This document shows, in pieces, positions 14,289-25,753 of a DNA stretch of 32,000 bases. The position numbers and the translations under genes are program-made. Under the pieces are notes generated by a model. The model was not told the origin of the DNA, searched no databases, and saw nothing but the letters and a program-made list of their open reading frames with translations. This DNA comes from Geodermatophilus tzadiensis (GTDB lineage: Bacteria > Actinomycetota > Actinomycetes > Mycobacteriales > Geodermatophilaceae): NCBI RefSeq assembly GCF_003002915.1, contig NZ_PVTG01000024.1, forward strand, positions 19,642 through 51,641. The letters run 5' to 3'. Position 1 is the stretch's first letter. Each line of letters begins with the position of its first letter.

Positions 14289-17200
14289 ATGAGCGCGGGC
14301 AAGGCGTTGACGGTGGCGCTGCAGAAGCAGGTCCTGCTTCTGGAGGACGACCTGCGGAGCCGGGTGGAGCAGGATCCGGAGGCTCTGAGCCGGTGGCAGG
14401 CGGAGCACCGTCAGGCGATGGCGCATCGGCGGACGGCGGCGTCGTGGCAGGCCTGGCGAGACGACCGGGTCACCCAGGCCGCGGTGGGCTGGGTGCTGAC
14501 CACGGTGTTCGTGCGGTTCTGCGAGGACAACCGGCTGGTTGAGCCGGTCTGGATCGCCGGGACCGGCGAGCGGCGGCAGCAGGCGCTTGATGCGGAGCTG
14601 GAGTTCTACCGGGCTCGCAGCCGCGAGCAGGATGTCACCGCGCGGGACTGGCTGCTTCAGGCGGTCGAGCACCTGGCCTCGCTGCCGGCGACGGAGGCGT
14701 TGGTCGACCAGCACGCGGCGCTGCACCTGACGAAGCCCTCCGGCGACGCGGTCACCAAGCTGCTCGAGTTCTGGCGGGCGCGCGGCGAGGACGGCGCGCT
14801 GCTCTGGGATCTCACCGACCCGGAGCTGGACACCCGCTTTCTCGGCGACATGTACCAGGACCTCTCCGAGTACGCGAAGGCGACCTATGCGTTGCTACAG
14901 ACGCCTGACTTCGTCGAGGACTTCATCCTCGATCAGACCTTGGAGCTGGCGCTGAAGGAGCGGCCGCTGCAGGGCTTCAAACTAATCGACCCCACCTGCG
15001 GATCGGGCCACTTTCTGCTCGGTGCCTTCGATCGGCTGTTGAACCGCTGGCAGCGAGAAGCACCAGGCACGGAGCGGCAGGCGCTGGTACAGCAGGCTCT
15101 GGACGCCATCCATGGCGTGGACATCAACCCGTTTGCGGTCGCCATCGCCCGCTTCCGGCTCACGGTTGCTGCGCTTAAGGCATCCGGGCTTCGGTCACTT
15201 GAGAAGGCCCCAGCGTTCCGCTTCCGATTGGCCGCGGGTGACTCGCTATTGCACGGGCCGCAGCGAACGCTACAGGAAGACGAGGACCTTTCCAGGTTTA
15301 CCTACTCGACAGAAAACCTAGCAGCTCTGCAGGACATTCTGATTGAGGGTCAATACGACACCGTAGTAGGAAATCCCCCGTACATTACGGTGAAGGATAA
15401 TGAGCTCAACAAGGCTTATCGATCCCTGTACAAGACCTGTCGTGGCACCTATGCAATGACCGCTCCCTTTATTGAGCGATTCTTTCAACTCGCGAAGCGA
15501 GGTAGTGCTGGACGAGCGTCAGGCTGGGTTGGGCAAATCACGTCCAACTCGTTCATGAAGCGCGGATTCGGCGTAAATGTGATTGAAAAGTTCCTCGTTC
15601 GCAAGGACTTGCGGCTCTTGGTCGACACTTCAGGGGCATATATCCCCGGACATGGAACGCCCACGCTGGTCCTTGTCGGGCGTAACCGTGAGCCTGTGGG
15701 CGCGGCTGTCCGTGCGGTCTTGGGCGTTCGCGGCGAGCCGCAGCGCCCTAGTGATCCAAGCAAGGGACTCGTATGGCGCTCGATCGTCGAGCATGTTGAG
15801 ACCGCAGGTTGGAATGATGACTGGATCACCGTTACGGACCTAGAGCGCAGCCTGCTGGCCTCCCATCCGTGGAGCCTTTCCGGCGGTGGTGCCGTTAACT
15901 TGCTAGCCGCCCTACAGGACCCTTCGAGGCGCAAGTTGGCGGACGTAGTAGACGTGGTGGGCTACGCGGCTATAACCGGCGAAGACAGTGCCTATCTGGT
16001 GGACGGTGCGACATCCAGGCGGCGTGAGATCGAACGCAGTCGATCCATGGTAATGGGAGACGCGGTCCGGGATCATGTCATAACGACCAGTATGGTAGTT
16101 CCTTTTCCGTACGGCGAAGATCTGTCAGCGATGCAGGAGTCCCAGATTCCACGCACACTGAGGTTCCTGTGGCCGAGTCGACGGTACCTGCAGACCCGTC
16201 GACGCTTCTCTGTACCCGTCGAAAGTATTCCCGGCTTTCGGTGGTACGAGTTCAGAGAGTTCTATAAGAGTCGCCTTGATCATCCTCTTACGATCACTTT
16301 CTCGGAGGTTGCAACCCATAACCACTTCGCCTTGGATCGAGGTGGCAGGTTGTTCAATCAGACGGCCCCGATAATCAAGATCCCTGCAGGGTCTGGTGAA
16401 GACGAATCTGTTGGGCTGTTGGGCGTTCTGAACTCTTCTGCTGCCTGCTTCTGGCTCAAGCAGGTCTGTCATGGCAAGGGTAATGGCGGCGTCAATGAAG
16501 GGTTCAGGGGTGACGACTGGGAGGAGTTCTTCCAGTTCAATGGTACGAACGTTGCGAACCTACCGTTGCCCAGTGTGCTTCCTATTGCAAGGGGTCGGCG
16601 ACTTGACGAGCTAGCGCATAGGCTCGCTCATTCCACCCCTATGGCCGCGGCTGCGAGCTCTATCCCTACCGGTCATGCACTGGAGAGGGCGAGAGATATC
16701 TCTACTGGCCTCCGCTCCCAGATGGTGGCGCATCAGGAGGAGCTGGATTGGGAGGTCTACCGCCTGTACGGGTTGATTGAGGAGGATCTTACGTACCCCG
16801 GCGCTGATCTTCCCGAGCTAGCGTCAGGTGAGCGGGCGTTTGAGATTTCCCTGGGGCGTAGGGTTGCGATGGAAGGTGAAGAGACTACGTGGTTTACCCG
16901 GCATGGGTCCACGCCAATTCTTGAGATTGACCCGCGTTGGCCAGCTGCCTACCAGGAACTGGTGCGGCGCCGGGTCGACCTTATCGAACGCGACCCGAAC
17001 ATTCGTTTGTTGGAGCGTCCAGAGAACAAAAGGCGCTGGGCGGCTGACTCGTGGGAGAAGTCGCAGGCCGCAGCACTGCGGGACTGGTTGCTGAACCGGC
17101 TGGAGGACCGAAGGTTCTGGCTGGACCGGCAGGGGCGTCCGGCGCCGCGGAGCGTGGCGCAGCTGGCCGATGAGGTCGCCCGGGACGAGGACCTGGTCAG

Positions 17201-17840
17201 CGTGTTGGCGCTGTGGGAGGGCCGGCCGGACGTCCCCGTGGTCCAGTCGCTGGTCAAGCTGCTGGCCGAGGAGGCGGTGCCGTTTTTGGCCGCCTACCGG
17301 TACAAGGACTCTGGCCTGCGCAAGCGCGAGGCCTGGGAGGAGACCTGGGCGCTGCAGCGGCGGGAAGACGCGGGCGAGCACCCGGCGGAGCCGATCCCGG
17401 TGCCGCCGAAGTACACCTCCGCCGACTTCCGCAAGAACTCCTACTGGCAGGCCCGCGGCAAGCTCGACGTTCCCAAGGAGCGGTTCATCCTCTACCCCGA
17501 TGCCGGGCGGGAGACCGACCCGACCCCGCTGCTGGGCTGGGCCGGCTGGGATCATGCCCAGCAGTCGCTAGCACTGTCGGTGATCATTGGCGCCCGGGAG
17601 GCCGAGGGCTGGGCGGATGAGCGGCTGGTGCCGCTGGTCGCAGGGCTGGCCGAGCTCCAGCCATGGGTGGAGCAGTGGCACGCCGAGGTCGACCCAGCCT
17701 TCGGGGTCAGCCTCGCCGCCTTCTGCCGTGAGCAGCTCACCGCTCGCGCCGGGCAGGTCGGCAGGACCCGCGAGCAGCTCGCCGCTTGGCGGCCAGCTCC
17801 TCCGGCCACCCGCGGCCGCAAGCCCCGGGCTCGGTCGTGA
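14289..17840 (+). CDS. pglX: BREX / Pgl N6-adenine DNA methyltransferase PglX
   Basis: 1183 aa. ATG 14289 lies 6 nt after GAGGAG. The SAM-binding motif I is LIDPTCGSGHFLLGAF, and catalytic motif IV is VVGNPPYITV (NPPY at 15372-15383). The size and the long C-terminal extension are typical of PglX/BrxX. Confidence 0.92.
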   Translation: MSAGKALTVALQKQVLLLEDDLRSRVEQDPEALSRWQAEHRQAMAHRRTAASWQAWRDDRVTQAAVGWVLTTVFVRFCEDNRLVEPVWIAGTGERRQQALDAELEFYRARSREQDVTARDWLLQAVEHLASLPATEALVDQHAALHLTKPSGDAVTKLLEFWRARGEDGALLWDLTDPELDTRFLGDMYQDLSEYAKATYALLQTPDFVEDFILDQTLELALKERPLQGFKLIDPTCGSGHFLLGAFDRLLNRWQREAPGTERQALVQQALDAIHGVDINPFAVAIARFRLTVAALKASGLRSLEKAPAFRFRLAAGDSLLHGPQRTLQEDEDLSRFTYSTENLAALQDILIEGQYDTVVGNPPYITVKDNELNKAYRSLYKTCRGTYAMTAPFIERFFQLAKRGSAGRASGWVGQITSNSFMKRGFGVNVIEKFLVRKDLRLLVDTSGAYIPGHGTPTLVLVGRNREPVGAAVRAVLGVRGEPQRPSDPSKGLVWRSIVEHVETAGWNDDWITVTDLERSLLASHPWSLSGGGAVNLLAALQDPSRRKLADVVDVVGYAAITGEDSAYLVDGATSRRREIERSRSMVMGDAVRDHVITTSMVVPFPYGEDLSAMQESQIPRTLRFLWPSRRYLQTRRRFSVPVESIPGFRWYEFREFYKSRLDHPLTITFSEVATHNHFALDRGGRLFNQTAPIIKIPAGSGEDESVGLLGVLNSSAACFWLKQVCHGKGNGGVNEGFRGDDWEEFFQFNGTNVANLPLPSVLPIARGRRLDELAHRLAHSTPMAAAASSIPTGHALERARDISTGLRSQMVAHQEELDWEVYRLYGLIEEDLTYPGADLPELASGERAFEISLGRRVAMEGEETTWFTRHGSTPILEIDPRWPAAYQELVRRRVDLIERDPNIRLLERPENKRRWAADSWEKSQAAALRDWLLNRLEDRRFWLDRQGRPAPRSVAQLADEVARDEDLVSVLALWEGRPDVPVVQSLVKLLAEEAVPFLAAYRYKDSGLRKREAWEETWALQRREDAGEHPAEPIPVPPKYTSADFRKNSYWQARGKLDVPKERFILYPDAGRETDPTPLLGWAGWDHAQQSLALSVIIGAREAEGWADERLVPLVAGLAELQPWVEQWHAEVDPAFGVSLAAFCREQLTARAGQVGRTREQLAAWRPAPPATRGRKPRARS

Positions 17841-17919
17841 GCGGCCGTCCGCACCGGTCTTGGCGCGCCATGCGAACCTCGGCCGGCCGTAACCTCGCGG
17901 CCATGCGGGGGTACCACCG

Positions 17920-20900
17920 ATGAGCGTTCTGCTGCGCGACGTCCTGACCATCCCAGAGCGCGCGGGGGCCGAGGACTACGTCCTGCGGCTGACAGACAGC
18001 GTCGGCGGCAACCGGGTGGCGCAGACGCTCGCCGAGTACGTGGTCACGGAGTCACTCGCCGACGGCTTCGATCAGGCGCTCGGGCTGGTCGCCGAGGCGA
18101 TCGGGTCGGGCGTCAGCCGCGGTGCCTTCCTCTCCGGTTCCTTCGGGTCCGGGAAGAGTCACTTTATGGCGGTGCTGTACGCGCTGCTGCGCGGCGAGCC
18201 CGCGGCCCGGCAGAAGGTCGAGTTGCAGCCCGTCGTCGCCAAGCATGACCCGGGGCTGCAGGGCAAGAAGGTGCTGCCGCTGGCCTTCCACCTGCTCGGC
18301 GCCGAGTCGATGGAGAAGGCGCTCTTCGACGGCTACCTGCGGCAGATCCGCGCCCTGCACCCCGGCGCACCGCTGCCGGCGATCCACCAGTCCGACGCCC
18401 TGCTCGCCGACGCCGAGCGGCAGCGCGGCCTGCTCGGCGACGAGCAGTTCTTCGCCGGCCTCAACGGCGGCACCGCCGGCGACGCGGGCGACGACCCGTG
18501 GGCCGCCGTTCTCGGCTCGGGCACCTGGAACCGCGAGACCTACGACGCGGCCCGAGCCGCCGCCCCCGGGGAACCCAAGCGGCAGCAGCTCGTCACCGCG
18601 CTGGTGAGCACCTACTTCACCAGCTACACCGCCCAGGCGTCCTACGTCGACCTCGACACCGGGCTGAGCGCCATCTCCGGCCACGCCGCGGTTCTCGGCT
18701 ATGACGCCGTGGTGCTGTTCCTGGACGAGCTGGTGCTTTGGCTGGCCTTCTCCGTGCAGGACCGCGCCTTCTTCCGCCGGGAGTCGCAGAAGCTCACCAA
18801 GCTCGTCGAGTCCGCCGTCGGCGGCCGGGAGATCCCGCTGATCTCCTTCGTCGCCCGGCAGATGGACCTACGGCAGTGGTTCGCCGACGCGGGCGCCTCC
18901 GGCGCCCAACAGGACGCCCTGGACCAGGCGTTCCGGCACCAGGAGGGCCGGTTCTCCACGATCGTCCTCGGGGACGACAACCTGCCCTACGTGGCGCACC
19001 AGCGGCTGCTGCGGCCCCGCGACGAGGCCGCCGACCGGATCCTGCGGGACGCCTTCGGCAACCTCGACCGCCGCGGCGAGGTCTGGGACGTGCTGCTCGA
19101 CGGGGTCAACACCGACGAGCGGCACCGCGGCGCCGACGAGGCGGCCTTTCGGCTGACCTACCCGTTCTCGCCGGCGCTGGTCTCCACTCTGCGCTCGCTG
19201 GCCAGCGTGATGCAGCGGGAGCGGACCGCGCTCAAGGTCATGCAGCAGCTGCTCGTCGACCGGCGGAACGCGCTCACCGTGGACGACGTCATTCCGGTCG
19301 GGGACGCCTTCGACTACGTCGTTGAGGGGCGGGAGGTGCTCGACCCCCAGGTCGGCGCGCTGTTCCGGTCGGCGACCGCGCTCTACCGCGACAAGTTGCG
19401 ACCGATCCTGCTCGCCGAGCACGGCCTCACCGCCGAGCAGGTCGCCGGCGGAACGGACCTGCCGGCTGGCTACCTGGCCGACGACCGGCTGGCCAAGTCG
19501 CTGCTGCTGTCGGCGGTGGCGCCCAAGGTGCCGGCGCTCAAGGAGCTCACCGCCTCCCGGCTGGCCAGCCTCAACCACGGTTCGATCGTGTCGCCGCTGC
19601 CCGGCGCTGAGGTGCAGATCGTGCTGGCCAAGGTCAAGGAGTGGGCCCGGCGGGTGCCGGAGATCCACGTCAGCCCCGACCCCCGCAATCCGGTCATCCG
19701 GGTCCAGCTCTCCGACGTCGACTACGAGTCGATCGTGGAGCGGGCCAAGTCCGAGGACAACGAGGGCCGCCGCCGGGAGCTGCTCAAGGACCTCGTCCGC
19801 GACGCCTTCGGGATGCCGGCCCGCGACACCGACGTCTTCGGCGCCCAGGCGCACACCGTGATCTGGCGCGGCTCGCGGCGCGAGGTGGACGTCGTCTTCG
19901 GCAACGTCCGCGACGCCGGCTGGCTGACCGAGGACCACTTCCGCGCCCGCCCGCAGACCTGGCGGCTGGTCGTCGACTACCCCTTCGACGAGCACGGCCA
20001 CTCCGCCGCCGAGGACCTCGCCCGGGTCGACCAGCTGATCGCCGGCGGATTCCAGGCTCGCACCATCGTCTGGCTGCCCCGCTTCCTCTCCGAGGAGCGG
20101 CTGCGTGACGTCCGCCGGCTGGTCATCCTCGAGTGGCTGCTCGGCGGTGCGGGGGAGCGGTGGACCTCGCACGCCGACCACCTCTCCGAGGTCGACCGGG
20201 TGCAGGCCAAGGCAATCCTCGAGCAGCAGCGCACCGCCCTGCGGGAGGGTCTGCGGCGCTCGGTCCAGGAGGCCTACGGCGCGGCCGCGCCCACGCCCGG
20301 CACCCTGCTGGAGGACGCCGCCCACGACCGCGTTCTGATCTCGCTCGACCCCGCGCTGCGGGTCGCCAGCCCGGTCGGGGCCGACCTCGCTGCGGCCTTC
20401 GGCAACCTGGTCGACCAGGCGCTGACCTCCCAGTACCCCGGGCATCCGCGGTTCGAGCCGGCTGACGTCGAGATCGGGCCGCGGGAGCTGTCGACGACCT
20501 ACGGGTACGTGGAGAAGGCCGTCGCCGACCCGGACGGCCGGGTGCTGCTCGAGCGCAGCGACCGGGACGCGGTGCGCCGCGTGGCCAACCCGCTGCAGGT
20601 CGGGTCGGCCGGTGAGACGCACTACCTGTTCGGGGACGACCGGTTCGCCGCCTGGGGGCCGGAGTTCGCCCGGGCCATGCCCCGCGACGGCAAGCAGCCC
20701 CAGGACCCGGTGACCGTCGGTGACGTGCGCCGCTGGATCGAGGCCATGCGCCCGGCCAACGGCCTGCGCGACGAGGTCGCCGACCTGGTGATCCTCGCCT
20801 GGGCCGCGCTGCGGCAGCGGGCCTGGTACGCCCACGGCGCCCCGCTGGTCCCGCCCCCTCGGCCGGGCCAGCTGCGCCCGGAGATGGAGCTGCGGCCCGA

Positions 20901-21642
20901 ACCGCTGCCCACCCCCGAGGAGTGGGAGGTCGCGGTGCGCCGGGCCGCCGCGCTGTTCGGCGTGCCGGCAAGCCCGTTCCTGACCGCCCCCGCCGTGGCC
21001 GCCCTCACCGAGCGGGTCCGCAGCATCGCCGGGGACCTCTCCGGCTTCGCCGCGGCGCTGATCCAGCAGCTCGGCGACGCCTACGGGCGGCTCGGGCTGC
21101 CCGACAGCAGCGGGAGGCTGGCCACCGCGCGCGAGGCCGACTCGCTGCTCGCCCAGCTGCGCGGCAGCGGCGACCGGGTGCGGCTGGTGCAGGTGCTGGC
21201 CGGTTTCGGCGACTCGGCCCGGGATGCGGCGCTTTCTCGCTCGTTGTCCTCCGCGCCCAGCATCGCCGGGGCCCTGTCCCAGTACCGCTGGACCTTGCTG
21301 CAGCCCCTGCTCGATGCCGAGGCCACTGATCCCAGCGCCACCACGGCGCTGCGCGGGCTGCGGGAGGCGCTGGGCCACGACGAGATCGTGTCGGGCCTGC
21401 AGCCGGTACTGCGGGCCGCCGAGGAGGCGGCCGTCACCTGGCTGGCTCGGCACCGGCCGCAGCCGGTCCCCGTTCCGGACCCGCCGCGCCGGCCAGACGA
21501 CGTGCCGCTGCCCGTGCCCAACGCTCGCCGGGTGACCCGGGCCAAGGGTGAGTCTCCGCAACCGGTGCTCGACGAGCTCAGCGCCTTCCTCGCCGAGCAC
21601 CCCGATGAGCGGGTCGTCGTGGAGTGGCGGGTGGAGGGGTGA
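17920..21642 (+). CDS. pglY: BREX type 2 / Pgl P-loop ATPase PglY
   Basis: 1240 aa. Walker A is [16 protein letters not shown], and a Walker B-like motif is [12 protein letters not shown]. It sits between pglX and pglZ, as in Pgl. Confidence 0.88.
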   Translation: MSVLLRDVLTIPERAGAEDYVLRLTDSVGGNRVAQTLAEYVVTESLADGFDQALGLVAEAIGSGVSRGAFLSGSFGSGKSHFMAVLYALLRGEPAARQKVELQPVVAKHDPGLQGKKVLPLAFHLLGAESMEKALFDGYLRQIRALHPGAPLPAIHQSDALLADAERQRGLLGDEQFFAGLNGGTAGDAGDDPWAAVLGSGTWNRETYDAARAAAPGEPKRQQLVTALVSTYFTSYTAQASYVDLDTGLSAISGHAAVLGYDAVVLFLDELVLWLAFSVQDRAFFRRESQKLTKLVESAVGGREIPLISFVARQMDLRQWFADAGASGAQQDALDQAFRHQEGRFSTIVLGDDNLPYVAHQRLLRPRDEAADRILRDAFGNLDRRGEVWDVLLDGVNTDERHRGADEAAFRLTYPFSPALVSTLRSLASVMQRERTALKVMQQLLVDRRNALTVDDVIPVGDAFDYVVEGREVLDPQVGALFRSATALYRDKLRPILLAEHGLTAEQVAGGTDLPAGYLADDRLAKSLLLSAVAPKVPALKELTASRLASLNHGSIVSPLPGAEVQIVLAKVKEWARRVPEIHVSPDPRNPVIRVQLSDVDYESIVERAKSEDNEGRRRELLKDLVRDAFGMPARDTDVFGAQAHTVIWRGSRREVDVVFGNVRDAGWLTEDHFRARPQTWRLVVDYPFDEHGHSAAEDLARVDQLIAGGFQARTIVWLPRFLSEERLRDVRRLVILEWLLGGAGERWTSHADHLSEVDRVQAKAILEQQRTALREGLRRSVQEAYGAAAPTPGTLLEDAAHDRVLISLDPALRVASPVGADLAAAFGNLVDQALTSQYPGHPRFEPADVEIGPRELSTTYGYVEKAVADPDGRVLLERSDRDAVRRVANPLQVGSAGETHYLFGDDRFAAWGPEFARAMPRDGKQPQDPVTVGDVRRWIEAMRPANGLRDEVADLVILAWAALRQRAWYAHGAPLVPPPRPGQLRPEMELRPEPLPTPEEWEVAVRRAAALFGVPASPFLTAPAVAALTERVRSIAGDLSGFAAALIQQLGDAYGRLGLPDSSGRLATAREADSLLAQLRGSGDRVRLVQVLAGFGDSARDAALSRSLSSAPSIAGALSQYRWTLLQPLLDAEATDPSATTALRGLREALGHDEIVSGLQPVLRAAEEAAVTWLARHRPQPVPVPDPPRRPDDVPLPVPNARRVTRAKGESPQPVLDELSAFLAEHPDERVVVEWRVEG

Positions 21643-24416
21643 CGGCCGGCGCGCCGAGCGTCGCCACGGTGCCGGTCGTCCGCGCCCTGCTCGACGAGGC
21701 GCGGCGGAAGAACTACACCGCCGGCGCGCTGGGCATCCGCGCCCGGCCCGAGTGGCCGGGCGCGGGAACCTTCGAGCACCAGGGGGTGCCGGTCACCGTC
21801 GTCCCGTGCGTCTCCACCCTCGCCGTCCGCGAGGCGCTCCGGCAGCGCGGCCCGGACCGGTGGCTGGTCATCCTCACCGACCGGGACGACGGCGACCTGG
21901 GCGCCGGCGTCCGCAGCCACCTGATCTGGCACCGGCTGCGCACCCCCGACCCGTGGGACGCCGTGCAGGGCCGCTTCGCCGCCACCGCGCTCGACCCGGC
22001 CCTGCCCACCGTTCCCGGCCACCGCGAGTTGGCCCTCGGCCTGCTGGCCTGCACCCCGGCCGACGGCGGCTGGCCGCCCGCCCCCGGCGGTGTGCTCACC
22101 CGCGACCACGCCCTCGGTTCGGTCGCCCGCCGGCACCTCGGGCTGCCGGCCGAGGAACTCACCGCCGACGCCGTCCTGCGCTGGACGGCGGCCCCGCACA
22201 CCTCCGGGCTGATCGCCGACCTGCGCACCCTCGCCGGTGACGCGCTCACCGACGCGGTGCTCGACTGGATCGCCGGGCACCTCGGTGCGGCCGCTGCCCC
22301 GGTGCGTCAGTTGCTGCGCCGCGGCCAGGGTGGGGACGCCGTTCCCCTGGGCGTCGTGCTCGACACGCTGCTGCAGGCCCGGGCCGGGCAACGGGCCGAT
22401 GACGTCGTCCTCGCCCGTGAGGCGCTGGTGCGGCTGGAGCCGCGGACCGGCGGCGCGGGTGTGCCGCCGACCGCGCTGGACGCCTGGGCCACGCAGGCCG
22501 GCGGGCTGGTGCGCCGCCAGCTCGAGAGCCGCGCCGAAGCCGCCGCCGCCGAGCGGCTGCTGGCCGAGGCCGACCTGCTGCTGGCCGAGGCACGGGCCAC
22601 CGCGCTGGCCGAGTGCTCCGCGCTGCTGCCGGCCGCGCTGCCCGCCCGGCTCGCTCGCCTGGCCGCCGCGCTGCGCAGCGCCGTCGCCTCCTCTCCGGCC
22701 GAAACCGTCGACCGGCCAGCCGTGTCGGCGAGCCGGCTCGACGACGTCGAGGCAGCCTGGCACGCCGTGCAGGACCACGCCCTCGCCCCCGGCGACCCCC
22801 GGGTGACCGCCTTCCGCGCCGCCGTGCGACTGGCCCGCTGGCTGGCCCTTGACAGCACCGCGGCCGAGAGCACGCTGCCCGCGCTGCACCGCCGGCACCT
22901 CGACGTGGACGCCTGGGTCGACTCCGCCGTCAACGACGCCGCCGCCGGTGTCGGCGAGCCTGAGCTCGGTGCCGCCCTGGCCGCGGTGCTCGCTGCCGTG
23001 CAGCAGCGCCGCAACCGGCACGACGAGCAATTCGCCGCCGCGCTGGCCGACCACACCCGCAGCGACCGGCCGGGCAGCCCCGCCATGCTGCTGCTCGAAG
23101 AGTTGCTGCCCGAGGTCGTCCTGCCGCTCGCCCGTCGCACGCCGGTCCTGCTGCTGGTGCTCGACGGGATGAGCGCCGCGGTCGGCACCGAGGTGCTCGC
23201 CGACATCGTCGCGCGCTCCCCGGGCAACTGGACCGAGGCCCTGCCCGAGGGACAACCCCGCAGGATCGGTGCCGTCTCGGTGCTGCCGAGCATCACCGAG
23301 GTCAGCCGCGCCTCCCTGCTCAGCGGGGAGCTGACCGTCGGCGGGCAGGACGTCGAGCAGCGCGGCTACGCGGCGCTCGCCCGAGCGCACCGGCTGCCCG
23401 GCGCCCAGCTGTTCCACAAGAAGCCGCTGGACAGCACGGCCATGGGGTTTGCGGTCGCCGGCGACGTCGGCGCGGCCATCGACGACCAGTCCGGGCGACC
23501 GCTGGTCACCTGCGTGCTCAATACCATTGACGACGCACTCGACCGCTCCGACCCCGCCGGCACCGAGTGGACCGCCGAGGCCATCAAGCACCTGCGGCCG
23601 CTGCTGGAGCGAGCGCGGCTCGCCGGCCGCGTCGTCGTCCTCACCTCCGACCACGGGCACGTGGTCGAGCGGCGGCAGGGCACCCAGCGCAGCGCCCCCG
23701 CGTTGTCCAGCGCCCGGTCCCGCCCCGACGGCCCGGTCGGGGATGGTGAGCTGCTGGTCACCGGCCGACGGGTGCTCAAGCACGACGGCCGCGCCGTGCT
23801 CGCGGTCGACGAGCGGCTGCGCTACGGGCCGCTGAAGGCCGGCTACCACGGCGGCGCGGCACCGGCCGAGATCGTCGTGCCGGTGCACGTTCTCGTCGCC
23901 GGCAGCCAGACCGCCGGAACATCCCTGGTGCCGGCCCGCCCGCAGGAACCGGAGTGGTGGGTCGGCCCGGTGGCGGGGCCGCCGGCCGCCCCGGCGGTTC
24001 CATCGGCGCCTGCCCCCCGGCCGCGCAAGACCGCCGCGCCGAGCTCCCTGCTGACGCTCTTCGACGATCTCGAACCCGAGCCGGCGCCGGCGCCGGCCGC
24101 CGACTCCCTCGGTGCGGTCACGGTCGCCTCGGCCACCTACGCCGACCAGCGACGGCTGGCCGGCCGGGTGACCGTGACCGATCAGCAGGTGCGGCAGCTG
24201 CTCGACGCGCTGGCCGCCGCGCCGGACCGGCGGCTGCCCGCATCCGCGGCCGCTCGGGCGCTCGACGTCGCACCGGCCGCCCTCCGCGGCGCGGTACTGC
24301 ACGCCCAGCGGCTGCTCAACGTGGAGGGATACGCGGTGCTCGGCGTCGATGTCGACGGCTCGACGGTCCGGCTCGACGAGCCGCTCCTACGCGAGCAGTT
24401 CGAGCTGCGCGCATGA
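21624..24416 (+). CDS. pglZ: BREX alkaline-phosphatase-superfamily protein PglZ
   Basis: 930 aa. The PglZ-domain hallmarks are [28 protein letters not shown] and [15 protein letters not shown]...[10 protein letters not shown]. The start is ambiguous: GTG 21624 overlaps pglY by 19 nt, and the in-frame GTG 21639 gives a GTGA overlap. Confidence 0.9.
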   Translation: MAGGGVTAGAPSVATVPVVRALLDEARRKNYTAGALGIRARPEWPGAGTFEHQGVPVTVVPCVSTLAVREALRQRGPDRWLVILTDRDDGDLGAGVRSHLIWHRLRTPDPWDAVQGRFAATALDPALPTVPGHRELALGLLACTPADGGWPPAPGGVLTRDHALGSVARRHLGLPAEELTADAVLRWTAAPHTSGLIADLRTLAGDALTDAVLDWIAGHLGAAAAPVRQLLRRGQGGDAVPLGVVLDTLLQARAGQRADDVVLAREALVRLEPRTGGAGVPPTALDAWATQAGGLVRRQLESRAEAAAAERLLAEADLLLAEARATALAECSALLPAALPARLARLAAALRSAVASSPAETVDRPAVSASRLDDVEAAWHAVQDHALAPGDPRVTAFRAAVRLARWLALDSTAAESTLPALHRRHLDVDAWVDSAVNDAAAGVGEPELGAALAAVLAAVQQRRNRHDEQFAAALADHTRSDRPGSPAMLLLEELLPEVVLPLARRTPVLLLVLDGMSAAVGTEVLADIVARSPGNWTEALPEGQPRRIGAVSVLPSITEVSRASLLSGELTVGGQDVEQRGYAALARAHRLPGAQLFHKKPLDSTAMGFAVAGDVGAAIDDQSGRPLVTCVLNTIDDALDRSDPAGTEWTAEAIKHLRPLLERARLAGRVVVLTSDHGHVVERRQGTQRSAPALSSARSRPDGPVGDGELLVTGRRVLKHDGRAVLAVDERLRYGPLKAGYHGGAAPAEIVVPVHVLVAGSQTAGTSLVPARPQEPEWWVGPVAGPPAAPAVPSAPAPRPRKTAAPSSLLTLFDDLEPEPAPAPAADSLGAVTVASATYADQRRLAGRVTVTDQQVRQLLDALAAAPDRRLPASAAARALDVAPAALRGAVLHAQRLLNVEGYAVLGVDVDGSTVRLDEPLLREQFELRA

Positions 24417-25753
24417 GCACCGACGTCTCGCCGCGCCGCCGGCGCGAGGTCATCGATGCGCTGCGCCGCGGCACCGTGCCGGCCGCCGGACTCGACCTGC
24501 TCGCCGTCGGGCTGGAGCGATTCGTGCCCGCGTTCGACGCCGACCTCGACGCGGTGGCGGCCGGCGGATCGGCGTTCAAGGCCATCCGCGGTGAGTACGG
24601 GGCGGGCAAGACCTTCGTCACTCGCTTCCTGGCCGAGCGGGCGCTGCGCCGGGGCATGGCGACTGCCGAGGTGCAGATCTCGGAGACCGAGACCCCGCTG
24701 CACAAGCTGGAGACGGTCTACCGCCGGGTGGGGGAATCGCTGCGGACGGCTAGCTTCCCGCCCAGCGCGCTGCGCCCGGTGCTGGACTCCTGGCTTTACA
24801 CGCTGGAGTCCGACGCCGCATCCCTCAACCCGTCCCTGGCCGCCGGCTCGGCCGTCCTGGACGAGGCCGTGCTCACTCTGCTCGAGCAGCGGCTGGCCGC
24901 CGTCTCGGCGCGGACCCCGGCGTTCGCCCAGGCGCTGCGTGCCTACCGCAGTGCCGTCGTCGCCGGCGACCTCACCGCCGCGGATGCACTCGGCGGCTGG
25001 CTCGGCGGGCAGCCGCACGTCGCCGGCGCCGCCAAGCGTGCTGCCGGCATCCGCGGAGAGTTGGACCACTTCGGCGCCATGGGCTTTCTGCAGGGCCTGC
25101 TGACCGTGCTGCGCGACGCCGGGCACCCCGGGCTGCTGCTGGTCCTCGACGAGGTGGAGACGCTGCAGCGGGTACGCGGCGATGTCCGGGACAAGGCACT
25201 CAACGCGCTGAGGCAGCTCGTCGACGAGGTCGACTCCGGCCGCTTCCCGGGGCTGTTCCTCGTGATCACCGGCACACCGGCCTTTTACGACGGGCCCAGC
25301 GGCGTGCCCCGCCTGGCACCGCTCGCCCAGCGATTGGCCACCGACTTCTCCACCGACGCCCGCTTCGACAACCCCCGCGCCGTGCAGCTGCGGCTACCCG
25401 GGTTCGACCTGGCCGCGCTGACCGCGCTCGGCGCCAAGGTGCGGGACCTGTTCGCCGGCGGGGCCGGCGATCCGGACCGCCTCACGCGCGCGGTCGATGA
25501 CGGCTATCTGGGGGACCTGGCCGGCGCGGTGAGCGGATCGCTGGGTGGGCGGGTCGGGGTTGCGCCGCGGGTCTTCCTCAAGAAGCTGGTCGGGGACGTC
25601 CTCGACCGGGTCGACCTGTACGAGGACTTTAATCCTCGACGGGATTACGCGCTGATCATGAGCGCCACCGAGCTGACCGACGTCGAGCGGGAGAGCGCGT
25701 CGCTCAGCGTCGCCCCGGCCGCCCGTGCCGACGACGTCCAGCTCGACCTGTGA
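24413..25753 (+). CDS. brxD: BREX type 2 ATP-binding protein BrxD (DUF2791-like P-loop protein)
   Basis: This is the frame of track ORF 23954..25753, started at ATG 24413, which overlaps the pglZ stop (ATGA). REVIDALRRGTVPAAGLDLLAVG ... FKAIRGEYGAGKTFVTRFL is a Walker A, and PGLLLVLDEVETL is a Walker B. Confidence 0.85.
   Translation: MSTDVSPRRRREVIDALRRGTVPAAGLDLLAVGLERFVPAFDADLDAVAAGGSAFKAIRGEYGAGKTFVTRFLAERALRRGMATAEVQISETETPLHKLETVYRRVGESLRTASFPPSALRPVLDSWLYTLESDAASLNPSLAAGSAVLDEAVLTLLEQRLAAVSARTPAFAQALRAYRSAVVAGDLTAADALGGWLGGQPHVAGAAKRAAGIRGELDHFGAMGFLQGLLTVLRDAGHPGLLLVLDEVETLQRVRGDVRDKALNALRQLVDEVDSGRFPGLFLVITGTPAFYDGPSGVPRLAPLAQRLATDFSTDARFDNPRAVQLRLPGFDLAALTALGAKVRDLFAGGAGDPDRLTRAVDDGYLGDLAGAVSGSLGGRVGVAPRVFLKKLVGDVLDRVDLYEDFNPRRDYALIMSATELTDVERESASLSVAPAARADDVQLDL

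Noticed and set aside
11270-14302. Very long antisense or off-frame ORFs overlapping the BREX genes and other genes. Examples are 11270..14302(-), 18868..21600(-), 21081..24302(-), 25981..27507(-), 355..1668(+), 7373..8788(-), and the upstream two-thirds of 1129..3276(-).
   Set aside because: Their translations are monotonous Arg/Pro/Gly/Ala-rich strings with no motifs. This is typical of open shadow frames in ~70% GC DNA. Each is fully overlapped by an ORF with clear domain signatures and strong third-position G/C bias.
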